Positions 30,978 to 42,328 are shown, counted from the first letter of the stretch. The stretch is 57,405 nucleotides of DNA from Schmidtea nova (GCA_044892505.1 CM097882.1:230956596-231014000); one strand, 5' to 3'. The notes: a model not told the origin generated them from the letters alone. Program-made: numbers and translations.

Positions 30978-32039
30978 ATGGGAAATATCGAAGTATGCTT
31001 ACAGGAAATTACGATGCATCAAGCAGAAGCGATTAGCGATCATCTAGAACAGATCGAAATATGGGTCAATGCATATTATAGAAAGCAGGAGAAGGTAGAG
31101 AGACAAGCCGAATTATTAAAAGAAGCGGAAAGATCAAGTCAAAGAAGTCGAGAAAAAATAGAAGAAGTATACAAAATGCTAAAACAACAAAAGGAATATT
31201 ACCAGGGAATGATGAAAGAGCGACGAGAGGAAAGAGACAGACAGCAGATGGAAACAGAACACAAGATGTATTCGATTACAGAACAAGCAAGATACTGGAA
31301 GAAAGAAGCGAAAGAATCTTACGAAAAAGCTAGAGAAATAATAGAACGGACAGCTTATAGTGATGACTGGAAGTTATATAAAGAGATCGATGAACTAAAA
31401 GACGAGTTAGAGCAAAAAATCAACCAGGAAGTGTTAAATAAAAGATGGAATACAAAAAGACAGCAATTTATCCGCGAACAAGCAAAGGAAATTAAAGGAC
31501 TAACCTATCAAGTTCAAAGAATGGGAGAAGAACTAGCTAATCAAGAACAACTGAAAACTATGCTCACCGGAATATGGAATCAGAAAGAAGAAGAGATGAA
31601 GAGAGATATAAATGGTTACCAAGGAGTGATTACCCAGAAGAAAATAGAGCTAAAAAGAACCAGAGAAAGGTTAAAGGAAGAGAAACAAAGTTATGAGGAA
31701 AATTTAACAAATTTGATGAAAGAAAACGAAGAATTGAAACAGAAACGAGTAACAGTATCGGTAATACCTAAAGAAGCAAGTATAACGGCAGCCGTAACAA
31801 AAATGATGAAAGAAGACGAACAAAAGACAAAAGTAATCGAATTAGAAAAGCAAATAGAAACATTAACAGAACAAGCAAATTACCTAGAATATTGGCTGGA
31901 CGAGGAGATCCAGATATCTCACATGTATCGAGATGAAGTCGAAATGTGGAGGAGCAGGGTTGTTTGGATACCACTCCCTACGAACCAGGTAGAACCTCAG
32001 GACGAAGGTTTCTACGAACCAAACGAGACGATTGTGTAA
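30978..32039 (+). CDS. 353-aa coiled-coil accessory protein
   Basis: Long E/K/Q-rich ATG ORF. Confidence 0.75.
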   Translation: MGNIEVCLQEITMHQAEAISDHLEQIEIWVNAYYRKQEKVERQAELLKEAERSSQRSREKIEEVYKMLKQQKEYYQGMMKERREERDRQQMETEHKMYSITEQARYWKKEAKESYEKAREIIERTAYSDDWKLYKEIDELKDELEQKINQEVLNKRWNTKRQQFIREQAKEIKGLTYQVQRMGEELANQEQLKTMLTGIWNQKEEEMKRDINGYQGVITQKKIELKRTRERLKEEKQSYEENLTNLMKENEELKQKRVTVSVIPKEASITAAVTKMMKEDEQKTKVIELEKQIETLTEQANYLEYWLDEEIQISHMYRDEVEMWRSRVVWIPLPTNQVEPQDEGFYEPNETIV

Positions 32040-32121
32040 ATAAAGCGGAAAATATATTTTTGTAAATAATTGTATGAAATGTAGTGTCAAATTGTATTGA
32101 CCTATCTGTAAAGAAAACAGT

Positions 32122-32694
32122 TTGAAAAAGCTCAGAATACCGATATTCCTATACCTAATAACAATCACCCTACAAAGAGAAGATCTTCAACTCACAGAGA
32201 AGGAGCTACGAGCCCTACCCGAGAAAACCTATCAAGAGCTAGATAAACTAATCAGCGAAGCAACACAAGAAATCACCCAACTTCAACAGATAACATTAGA
32301 CAACCCAAACGATGAAAAATTTCAACAGGTCCTATACGAACATCGAATCAAATTGAAAACAATCAGAAAAACCCTAAAAGAAGGTCGAGAACCCATAAAA
32401 AGCTTAGCCCAAGCAGAGATAGAATATCAAGAAAAATGGATCATCGCAATTATAATAATCCTTGCACTCAGCGTGACCATTATCGCGATCACAATCCTCA
32501 TAACATCCTACCGAGTAAAGATCCTAAAACAAAAACAAGTCATCTTGAATCGAACAACAATACCAGATATCAGAACCCAAAAACGAATGAGAAAACATCT
32601 CAACCGAATCCAAAGCCTCTACGAACTACGAACAATCAGCGAAAGAACCCCAATCCAATCCAATACCAATCATGAAATCAAAGAGCTGGTGTAA
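32122..32694 (+). CDS. 190-aa predicted membrane protein (signal-like N-terminus, TM WIIAIIIILALSVTIIAITILI), TTG start
   Basis: Open frame. (M)KKLRIPIFLYLITITLQ looks like a signal peptide but the first codon is TTG. Confidence 0.6.
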   Translation: MKKLRIPIFLYLITITLQREDLQLTEKELRALPEKTYQELDKLISEATQEITQLQQITLDNPNDEKFQQVLYEHRIKLKTIRKTLKEGREPIKSLAQAEIEYQEKWIIAIIIILALSVTIIAITILITSYRVKILKQKQVILNRTTIPDIRTQKRMRKHLNRIQSLYELRTISERTPIQSNTNHEIKELV

Positions 32695-32868
32695 AACTGA
32701 TAAACTACATTCACTTTATGTATGATCCACGTACAATTAACAATAATATAACTTTGTGCTTAAGTATAAAAACTTATCACCTTATGTGATTCTTTGTGTA
32801 TATGTAAATTGACATTTATCTGCTTAAATTTTATGTATGATGATATAGGTGTAAATGTATAATTAATT

Positions 32869-32899
32869 GCGGGACGCAATTTTAGGGGTCCCCGAGTGA
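32869..32899 (+). promoter_or_regulatory. Polypurine-tract region (atypical) before the 3' LTR
   Basis: gcgggacgcaattttaggggtccccgagtga followed by TGT, a gypsy-like GGGACG..TTTT..GGGG context. Confidence 0.55.
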
Positions 32900-34291
32900 T
32901 GTTGGGCCAGCCAAATAGAGGGAACAGTGAAATAAAAGTAGATTAATTAAAACAAAAAAGAGAAAAATAAGGTAAAAAGGGGAATATTTATTTATTAAAA
33001 GAAAGGAATAATATAGTAAAAATATAGATAAACTAAGTACAAGCTATAAATAAAAATAAATGAATTTCTAGATATTAACGGGCCCAGGAGACATCTAAAA
33101 ACAAATAAAATACAAATAATAATAATTAAAACCAAATAAAAGTACTTGTTATTGAATAATTGTTTTTGAAACCCGGACCTCCAAGGAAGAATACAATCTA
33201 AAAAATAAAAATTAATTAGAATCAAAAACAATAATTAAAAACCACCATGAAGCTGGCCGAACCTGATTGGTCGATCTAGACACGACTGATCAGTATAAAT
33301 ACTGATCAGATTTTTCATAAAATTAGACCGTGTAAAAACTTAGACTTTAGTAGACTTTGTTAGAATATAGATTTTAGACTTGTGACTTTGTTTGAGACTA
33401 AAATTTAGACTTTGCAAAAAACTTAGACTTGTGTTCAGACTAAAATTCACATTAGATTGCACATTGCCCCGACGACGATCACCGTTTAGACCGATTTTGA
33501 TCAATAAATTTTCGGAATTCAATTGAGGTATTTTTGGTATATTTACGTTTATTATTTGATATCGTTGTATTCATATGTCATTATCATATTATAATTTATT
33601 GTTTATCTCGTTATGATTTATGTTTATATTTAAACTACTTAAACTATCATATTAATCTTGCGCCGTTGGGAGCTTTAGGTTCCCAAGGTGTCCGTCCGTG
33701 GCGTGGTGCTCGAGGGCTCCACACACGGTAAAGTAATAAATAACAAAACATAATTTTATTAGTGATGGTCGAGATTTGCACATGGGACACCCAACAAATC
33801 CGGGGAATTATTTTCCGATCATTTTAGCTACAGAGGGGACGATAATTTTTTGATAAAGCTTAAAGATATGAAAGAATTTTGTAACCGTAAGGAGGCACGA
33901 ATTGTTCACCCTCACCACAGCACAATTGCTAGATAAACGTCTAATAAACCTTAGAAAAATTATGTCGACCGCATTTGGTACACAAGAGCGTTTTTCGAAT
34001 AAGCTAGGGATACATGACGGGAGAGAGCTTCCGTTTTGAGGTGTCAATATTTTGAAAATCCAAGCAGACAAATCACCAATTTTTCGACTATAATATTGAT
34101 CGTAAACAGATAAATCTAAGTAGATACGAGAGTAACGCATACCGTAACGAACGACAGTTTTCCCTTGATTTCAGTTAAGGTCTAAGGGGTAGGCAAATAA
34201 TAAAGGCATCACGATGAGAGATAACATCTACTATAATTAATTATTGATTTAAATTGTTAACTATTATAAAATTCAGCATCGTTTTGGAATC

Positions 34292-34768
34292 ATGACTAAA
34301 CATAGATACACTATCAAAAAACGACAAGAACGAGCCCGAGTTAGCCCATTAAAACCGGCTCCTTTTGAAATTCTGCAGCAAATCCATCAAAAAATGTGGG
34401 CATGGCGCCGAGAGCTTGAAACCGCCTGTCCATTTACAGTATGGGACCATCCACGGCATCACGTATGGTACCGGGGATGCGCTAGTTGGCCAATCATTCC
34501 AGATGAGGAATTTGAATCATCGCACGCCGCCTGGTTCATCCTGATGTTGGACAAAGGAGGATTCCCGAAATGTGTCATTTATTGGGGGTTCATTCCAGCC
34601 TCTACCTTCAAGGAATTGGGGTTCAAGTTCAACACAGCAATACGACCCCTTCGAGAAGCTGAGAGAACCCGTTTCCAGCAGGCCTCGTCCAATTCCACAG
34701 GAATCCATACAAATTTGCAAATCAGATCGATATTTTCGTATCGAGGAAAAATGACCGAAGATGAATAG
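34292..34768 (+). CDS. LTR-encoded protein 1 (3' LTR copy)
   Basis: Identical to 8994-9470. Confidence 0.7.
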   Translation: MTKHRYTIKKRQERARVSPLKPAPFEILQQIHQKMWAWRRELETACPFTVWDHPRHHVWYRGCASWPIIPDEEFESSHAAWFILMLDKGGFPKCVIYWGFIPASTFKELGFKFNTAIRPLREAERTRFQQASSNSTGIHTNLQIRSIFSYRGKMTEDE

Positions 34769-35086
34769 GTTGAATCAATGGCCACCTGTTTTTGAATTTA
34801 ATAAATGTTTTAAAGAAGTCTGAAGTGTCTCATTTTGTTAATAGTGTTGTCATGTAGATTTAGTATTGTAGTTGTCATAGTCATTAAGAAATTGATTTAT
34901 TAATATAAAATTAGTTCAATAAATCTTTTAAACCTTCAATAATTAGATAGTTGAATAATTTTGCGAAGAACTCAATAATTAAAAACATTAGTATGCATCT
35001 CGTTTAATAATAATAATAGTCGTTTAAATAAAATAGAATTGTTGATAGGTCCTCCAGCGAATTTATCGTTATAATATTCAGATAAC

Positions 35087-35671
35087 ATGCCGACTTCAGA
35101 AAATTCCAAGAAAATCATGGGACAAATCCAAGAGAGGAAGTTGAGGGACCAGCAGCGACAGATCAAGCGACTCACGGTCGCCAATGATGAATTGAGAGCG
35201 AAGTGGTTCTCACCCGAACAAATGAAGGACCAGTCGAAAAAACTTGAGCGAATGCAGGAAGCACTGGCCGCAACTAAATTGGAACTAGATGCCGTCCAGC
35301 GAGAACTACGAAATTGCCTAAACGCAGTAACAAGAAGTTACATCGACTCCGAATTACGAGCGCTAATCCGGCCGATCACGGCTCAGCGCTGGATACAATG
35401 CACCCACCAAGATGTCGCTTGCGGGACGGAAGAGGGAATCATCATGGCCCCCACTCTCGCAACGGAAGATTTGCCTATTTTTCTCAGTGATCCCCCGAGA
35501 ACAATAGCGTCAGCACCGGTCATAAACCAACAGTTTCGAAAACATCGAATGGGATCGCGACAGCGTCGTCGTCGCCGAGAATTTGCGAAGCGCCTGGACG
35601 AACAAATCTACCACTTGAACTCCTTAACCGAAGCGGAGTTGATTCAGGAGATTAGTCTGGAATTCGCTTAG
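35087..35671 (+). CDS. LTR-encoded protein 2, intact 194 aa
   Basis: Open ATG ORF with a coiled-coil N-half and an RQRRRRR basic patch. Confidence 0.75.
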   Translation: MPTSENSKKIMGQIQERKLRDQQRQIKRLTVANDELRAKWFSPEQMKDQSKKLERMQEALAATKLELDAVQRELRNCLNAVTRSYIDSELRALIRPITAQRWIQCTHQDVACGTEEGIIMAPTLATEDLPIFLSDPPRTIASAPVINQQFRKHRMGSRQRRRRREFAKRLDEQIYHLNSLTEAELIQEISLEFA

Positions 35672-36549
35672 GAAAACATCCATGTAAAATAACAACCTGT
35701 TTTTAATATTTTAATAAAAGTATTTTCTGTGTAAATTTTGTCTCTCATCGTGTGATTTCACTAAATAAAATAAATGACTCAATCATAGAAATGGAAAATC
35801 CCATCAATATTTTTCTCAGACCGACCGTTTCTACGCAGAGACTGATTAATTACATTGTAGCTCGATTAAGGAAAGTCATTGGGAAAGATGTATGATAGAT
35901 CATAAGGATATGTAGTACAAAATTCAGTAGGAAACGAACATCCATAGAATGTAAATGCGTAAGACCTTCTATCGGCAGCAAGGACCCGAGGGAAGATAAA
36001 TGGGGAGTAGTTTTGGCAACAAAGCTCACCTGCCCATCAGTTTTCCACCACCGTATGCAGTACCAACTTGACTAGTAGGGAATAGTCAAGGGCATACGCG
36101 TGTAGTAGTCATGTTATGTATGGTTATGGGCGTGGAATCCCTAGTATACGTACTCACCAATAGTCGTTCAATTAATGATTAACTATTTATTTGAATTACT
36201 TAAAANNNNNNNNNNNNNNNNNNNNNNNNNNNNNNNNNNNNNNNNNNNNNNNNNNNNNNNNNNNNNNNNNNNNNNNNNNNNNNNNNNNNNNNNNNNNNNN
36301 NNNNNNNNNNNNNNNNNNNNNNNNNNNNNNNNNNNNNNNNNNNATCATTCACTATAGCGCGGAGGCTATAAAATTTTAATAAACCTAAAAAAAGAAAAAA
36401 GAGTTCTTATTATATATAGATCAAATAATAGATGCTATTTCATGTTTAGAATGATTGTTAAAATATATCTGGCTAGAATAAATAAAAGAAGTAATTATTT
36501 TTGTGTTTGAATAAAGCCGTTAAAGAATTTGTCGAACTATACACATATA

Positions 36550-37190
36550 TATAGTGTATTTTTGATGATTTTCTATGTATTTTCTGTGTTATCAAACTAC
36601 AGTATGATGACATTTTGTGATGATATTTCATGTATGTAATAATATTTTGTATGTATGGGATAAAATTTTATGTATTTTTGATATTTTGTGTGCGTGAAGA
36701 ATTTCTATGTATTCTTGATATTTTGTGTATTTTTTATGTATTCTCTATGTTAATGCATTATAGTATGAAATTTTGTATATTTGTGTATTTTTGATGATTT
36801 TCTATTTATTTTTTGTGTTATCAAACTACAGTATGATGACATTTTGTGATGATAGTTCATTCATGTAATGATATTTTGTATGTTTTATGTATTTTTGATA
36901 TTTTGTGAGTATGTGATGAATTTCTATGTATTCTTTATATTTTGTTTGTAATTCTTGATGATTTTCTAAGTATTTCTGATATTTTGTGTGTACTTTTGAT
37001 GATTTTTTATGTATATCGTTTGTTAGTGCACTATAGTATGATGACATTTTGTGATGATATTTCATCTACGTGATGATATTTTGTGTGTTATGAATTTCTA
37101 TGTATTTTTTATATTTTGTGTGTTATGAATTTCTGTATTATTGATATTTTTGTGTGTATATTTGATGGCTTTCTGTATTTTTGATATTTT
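36550..37190. repeat. Degenerate tandem repeat (~220-230-bp units, GATATTTTGTG-rich)
   Basis: agtatgatgacattttgtgatgat recurs near 36601, 36831 and 37035. Confidence 0.7.
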
Positions 37191-37191
37191 G

Positions 37192-38109
37192 TGTTGAAGG
37201 TCAGTAAAGTGATAGAAAAATGAGAGAAAAGACACCACTTACACATACAGTTTTGATAACAGTTGTGCCGCAATATTTTAACAGTAGTGGACACAGTCAC
37301 TCAAAAATAGTATAAATAGGCGTTAAAAACCGTAATTTTAACACTCGTAGAACACTTTTCTGAAACCAAAATTTGAGGACAGTCAGTTTTAGAGTGATTC
37401 TGCCAGCCAGCTTTGGTCATTTAATTTGAACATTCAAGGTAAGTGAAACTTTGCTAGTTTGCTCAAGTAAGACTTTATTTTTTCTATAATGTGTAATTGG
37501 AAGGTTTCTGTAATTTTGAATTGAGCTTAATAAATATTTGAAATATGAGTTTTGAATTTATACATGTTTTAATTTAGTGATCCCCGATTTAAACCTGGCT
37601 CATAAAATAAATAGGTGCGTCTTCTGCGATGAAATTTGCGAGGGTGATTCCGTATGGGTGGGGCTGTTTATAGCGGCACCGTATGGTGAGGATAGAGTAA
37701 ACTTTATTGATAATTAAATTTTGGGTGATGGGAGTAGGAAAATAAAGAACATAAGTGTAAAATAAAACTGAGAGCTAAGAGAGGTTATCTATATATTTTA
37801 TGAGAACGAATAAATGTGGGAAATCGAAAGCTAAGATGCAACATGATCATAGAGTGTGTTAATGCGTAAGTCCTTCTGTCGGTAGAAGGAATACAAAAAA
37901 GAAAATATGGTGAGGAGAATTTTTGATAACAAAGCTCACTTTCTCACTACAGTACACTACAAACTTAGTTAGTTAGGGAATAATTATGGGTACACGAGTG
38001 AGGTTGTTTAATATTTATGATGGACTAGTTATTGCGCATGAAGCCGATAAAAAATTTTCCCGTTTTCAATAAATGTGCAGGATAGGGCTAATAAACTCTG
38101 TTAACGACA
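37192..38109 (+). mobile_element. Probable short solo LTR related to the giant LTR
   Basis: TGTTG...GACA ends, TATAAATA at 37311 and AAG/GTAAGT at 37439. Shares a 22/25-nt and a 12/12-nt block with LTR 10656-10731. No TSD found. Confidence 0.55.
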
Positions 38110-38158
38110 AAACAATAAAAATATTTTATTTTTTTTGTTTACTTTATATTTATATTTA

Positions 38159-38195
<37 letters not shown>

Positions 38196-40404
38196 AATAT
38201 CTCATTTTTTTCGAATTCATAAATAATTTTATATTTTTATATAAAATCCTTAGAATATAGGAAATTTAATGAATTAGAAATGTAGAACTTTTCGATTTGG
38301 AACGGGAAGCATAATTACTCTCTCGTGTCAAATTTAAGAGCGACTAATAATGTTTACATTATCAATTCAGTGATGCAAAATTCCAATAAAAGAAATAATA
38401 TTAGAAATAAATGTTATTTATTTGGTGGTGATGGATTTTCTATTTATGTGCTTTATGCGAATTGGCAATAAGCCTGGGTTGATTGGAATTTATATATTCA
38501 TAGAAATAAACATTTAATATTAAATTGTTGTAGAGCATAACATTTTCATTGCTTTCTAATTGCATAATTTTGACAATTTAAATTACGATTAAAATTTTCA
38601 GATTTTTTTCTTTATTTAAATAATTTAATTTTTTGATGCATCTAAATTCGCTTGTTAGTTATTATTTTCTGTTAAATTTCTTTCTCATTTATATCTAATT
38701 ATTTTCGATTTTTTTTGTTATTTAATTTTCATAAAATTATTATTCATATTTTTAATCTAAATAAATAGTGGTTGAACCTCATTTCCAATTAAGTGCGAAT
38801 ATTCACACTAATGTTTTTTTTCAAAGATAAGTATCACACTACATTGAGTATTATAAAATTTAAAGAAGTTACAAAATAAAAAAAAATTATATATCAAATT
38901 ATGACAATTAATTTTATGTTTTAAATAATTTTTTTGCTGTTTATTCTGTTATAAGTAGTTTTTATAATATATATATATATATATATAAGAAGAATAACAG
39001 ATAAGTGATATTCAAACAATTTACAAATTTAAAATTTAAAAATTAAAAATTTTGGTTGTTGTTCTTTTATAATATTTTCTACTGTATAATTGTTAAATAT
39101 AATTTACATTTGATGATTACTATTTTATATTTTCCAAAGTAGATTAAATCAAATTTTTGTTATATTAAAATAAATTAAACTCATTTTTTAATATTAATTA
39201 TAAAACATTAATTTCAAATTATAATAATAATATTTAATTAATCAAAAATGATATAGATTTCGAATAATTTGAAACGTTGATATAATTGTAATTTTTAGCT
39301 AAAAATAATTTACAAAATATATTCTATAAATTCAATTTAGAAAGCATTTTCGACGAATCTCATAGAAAATAAAAAGGTAATAAAATGAAAAATCAACTTG
39401 GTAAATTTATTTTTGGAAAATATATATTTTACAATAAAAAGAACTTTGGGACTTTGATAATTGTTCATCATTAATTATTTATTATTAGCAAATTCAGAAA
39501 TATAATTTGTAAAAACATGAATCCAGATGACAATAAAAATAATTTATTAATTATTTATTTAGCTTTTAATTCTGCCTTTTAATAAAGTAGGATTTTTGGC
39601 TTGATTAATACAGGTTTATTTACACTTTTTATTTTTTGTTTGACTACTAACCAATCGTAATACGTAATTGCATCTTTCATTAATAAAAAAAGTCTGCCAT
39701 ATAGTTAAAATTATTTATGTATTAATTATTAGTATAATAATTTATACAGATTTTACCTATTTCACAGAGAGAAGAGAGAGAGAGAGCTAATGCTATTGAA
39801 AGTTCGTTCTTTTTTCCACTAGTAATTGACATTATAACTGACATCGATTGGAGCCACATGCATTTCAAAAAAAGCTGCTTCGTATTATTTGACAATTGAT
39901 ATATTTTTTGAAAATTATAAAGTTTCTCAAAAAATAATTTTCCCTATATAAGAAAACAAAACTTATTGTTTGAATAACTTTACAGTAGTGTGCCAAGTTT
40001 CGTGCAGCAGATATGTTCTTTTGAGGTTGACGATGACAAAATCGTGGAAATAGTACAATTTAGTTCATATAACAAAATTTGAAAAACTACTGAAAAAGTC
40101 TCCATATAGAAAGAATCAATTACAGGGTCTTTGTGAACGCTTAGGTAAGTATGGACGGTGCAAGTTCACATATATCTTAAGCCCCCAAACAAAAGTCAAT
40201 GAATTTGTCAGAAAGTCTTTACCACAACTTCCTTACTCACCGGAATTTCGCCTTCAGTGTCATTTATTTAGATCTATTCAAAACAAATTGAACAAAAATA
40301 AACATCAAATATACACCTGGAAAGATTATTTGAAGCATTAGGAAGCCAACTGAAAGATGAATCAAAGAGATAAGTAGCAATGATACAAACAAAACTGAAT
40401 AAAG

Positions 40405-40440
<36 letters not shown>

Positions 40441-40445
<5 letters not shown>

Positions 40446-40540
40446 TTCAATAATTCTCATAATGATGACTATAGATCAAAAATTTTTTTTTAAACAATAA
40501 CACAATATTTCGGCACAGCCTTTATCAAGTGTGTATTTCA
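40441..40540 (-). mobile_element. PLE terminal fragment with hammerhead
   Basis: Matches 1335-1420 and abuts (TA)n at 40410-40443. Confidence 0.85.
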
Positions 40541-40549
40541 ATTTAGTTC

Positions 40550-40987
40550 CAAAGCCGTCTCAAACCTTTCGTAGGCCCTAGGCACATTACAATATATATA
40601 ATGAAAAACAAATTAGTACACCAAAATTATTTTCTAAACAGTGTAATTTGGATTTTCAACATTGTAATTTGAATTTTTAATTGTCTTGGAATAGTTGATT
40701 GCACAGAGCACTGTTATATTTAAGTTTGCATAATTTATGTTATTTTATGAATATTAATAACTAATAGTATTAAAATAAATTTTTATTTAAAATTTTTCAG
40801 TTCCGTTTTTATATTTGAAGTTATTTATTTTCGTTTTTTTTATATTTGAATTTATTTAATTTTTTTTTAACTAAAATTATTTTGTTTTTCTTTGTATATA
40901 TATATGTATGTATTTTATTTTTTCTTCGTAGGCCCTCTTAAAGTTCGTAGGCCATAGGCACGGTGCCTATTGGATAAGGTGGCTTTG
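40550..40987. mobile_element. hAT-type MITE, 438 bp
   Basis: CAAAGCC...GGCTTTG ends with a perfect 8-bp TSD TTTAGTTC (40542-49 and 40988-95). Confidence 0.85.
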
Positions 40988-41055
40988 TTTAGTTCATATA
41001 ACAAAATTTGAAAAACTATAAAATTTTTATATTAGAAAAAAAACTAGAAAAATTT

Positions 41056-41205
41056 GAAATACACACTTGATAAAGGCTGTGCCAAAATATTGTGTTATTG
41101 TTTATAAAAAAAATTTTGATCTATAGTCATCATTATGAGATTTATTGATAATATTAATAATAAAAGATCAAAGGTGAAAAAAGATAATTATGATAATATA
41201 ATTAT
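41056..41205 (+). mobile_element. PLE terminal fragment
   Basis: Matches 7428-7564 and ends at gataattatgata. Confidence 0.85.
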
Positions 41206-42328
41206 AAAGCATTCAAAGTCTTTGATTACCGGTGAAATTTTAATTAACCAATTTAAAACAAAACCAAAATGTTGACAATTTTAAATACGTCATAAATAAA
41301 TAAAACAAACAAAAATAAAATCTAGTATTTCAGCTATCACTATTTACAAAAAAACACGCAAAGAAAAAAAAGAATTTTAAAGCATCTCTTTGTCAATATT
41401 GCTTGAACTAATTTAAGAGAGATTTGAAGTCAGTCTGAGCAGTGTCGCTCAGCCATGGAGAATATGACTTGAGCCGGTTGATCGCTGCATTGCAAATCGG
41501 ATTTGGGACTCATTAGCTAAATAAAATTAGCCCTGATTCATCGGCACTTCTGTTCTGGTTGAAAACATAACAGCCACTTCTAGGAGTATACAAGCCAATT
41601 GGTTATGTCCACGGAATTCAGTTATAGAGATGATGAGGAAATTATTTATAAATATTTCCCTGGCCTAATGAAATAAATTGTGAATCCGTTAGATTTTTGA
41701 CTTTCCTATTGAGTTTGAGAGAGACAGAAAGTTTCTGTAATTTTGAAGTATTAAAATAAAATAATTTATTTTCAGTTTTGGTTTGTTGTTTTTATTTTGG
41801 TTTATTGTTTTGAAAATTTAATTTTTTGTCTTTTTTTTTAATAAAATTATTTTATTTATTTTTCCGATTTCAAAAAAAAATTTTAATTTATATTTTCTTT
41901 TAATTTTTTGAATGTTTGGAATTTTTGTTTTAATTAAGTAAAACAAAATAATTTATTCTTTCATTTAAGTTCAAACTTTTTACTGAGGGACACGACACAT
42001 ATTTTTAGTGTTTTCTTCATTCTATATGTTTAATTTTTTTTCATTTCAAAAATTATTTTTCCTAGGCGATAAAATGTATTTTTCTCATTAGTTTCAAACA
42101 AAAAGACTTAGCATCAAGAATCATTTTAATATTTTTTATTTTGATGATATATTTTTATTTTGGATATCATAAAACCGAATTCAACGATTTTCTGTGAAAA
42201 TAAAATATATTGCGCCTTTGTTGAACCTAAGGTTGGCTTAGTGGGTTCTTTGACAAAGAAGTTGAAGATCTTTTTTTTTTTTTGGATATACTTCTATGAA
42301 GACAAATATAAGTGAATAGTGAAAAATT

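Larger units (their letters stand above)
7602..36205 (+). mobile_element. Giant (~28.6 kb) Ty3/gypsy LTR retroelement with env-like and accessory genes
   Basis: Direct repeats offset by exactly 25,298 bp, a PBS, and PR-RT-RH-IN domain order. The projected right end (36224) lies in an N gap. Confidence 0.96.
32900..36205 (+). repeat. 3' LTR (truncated by N gap)
   Basis: Colinear with 7602-10907 with no indels. I saw only 4 substitutions (8591/33889, 9977-78/35275-76, 10590/35888). Confidence 0.95.

Noticed and set aside
13225-32168. Many minus-strand ORFs of 60-120 aa rich in F/L/S/I
   Set aside because: These are shadows of the A-rich plus-strand coding sequence and show no motifs.
30978-35671. 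Similarity between the 353-aa ORF (IREQAKEIKGLT) and LTR protein 2 (LRDQQRQIKRLT)
   Set aside because: Too short, and explained by coiled-coil composition.
7597-36350. Target-site duplication of the giant element
   Set aside because: The right end lies inside the N gap (36206-36343), so it cannot be read.
39980-40400. Coding-like fragments (FEKLLKKSPY..., RKSLPQLPYSPEFRLQCHLL), and similar at 43665-44180
   Set aside because: Broken by stops and frameshifts, and I could not assign a family.
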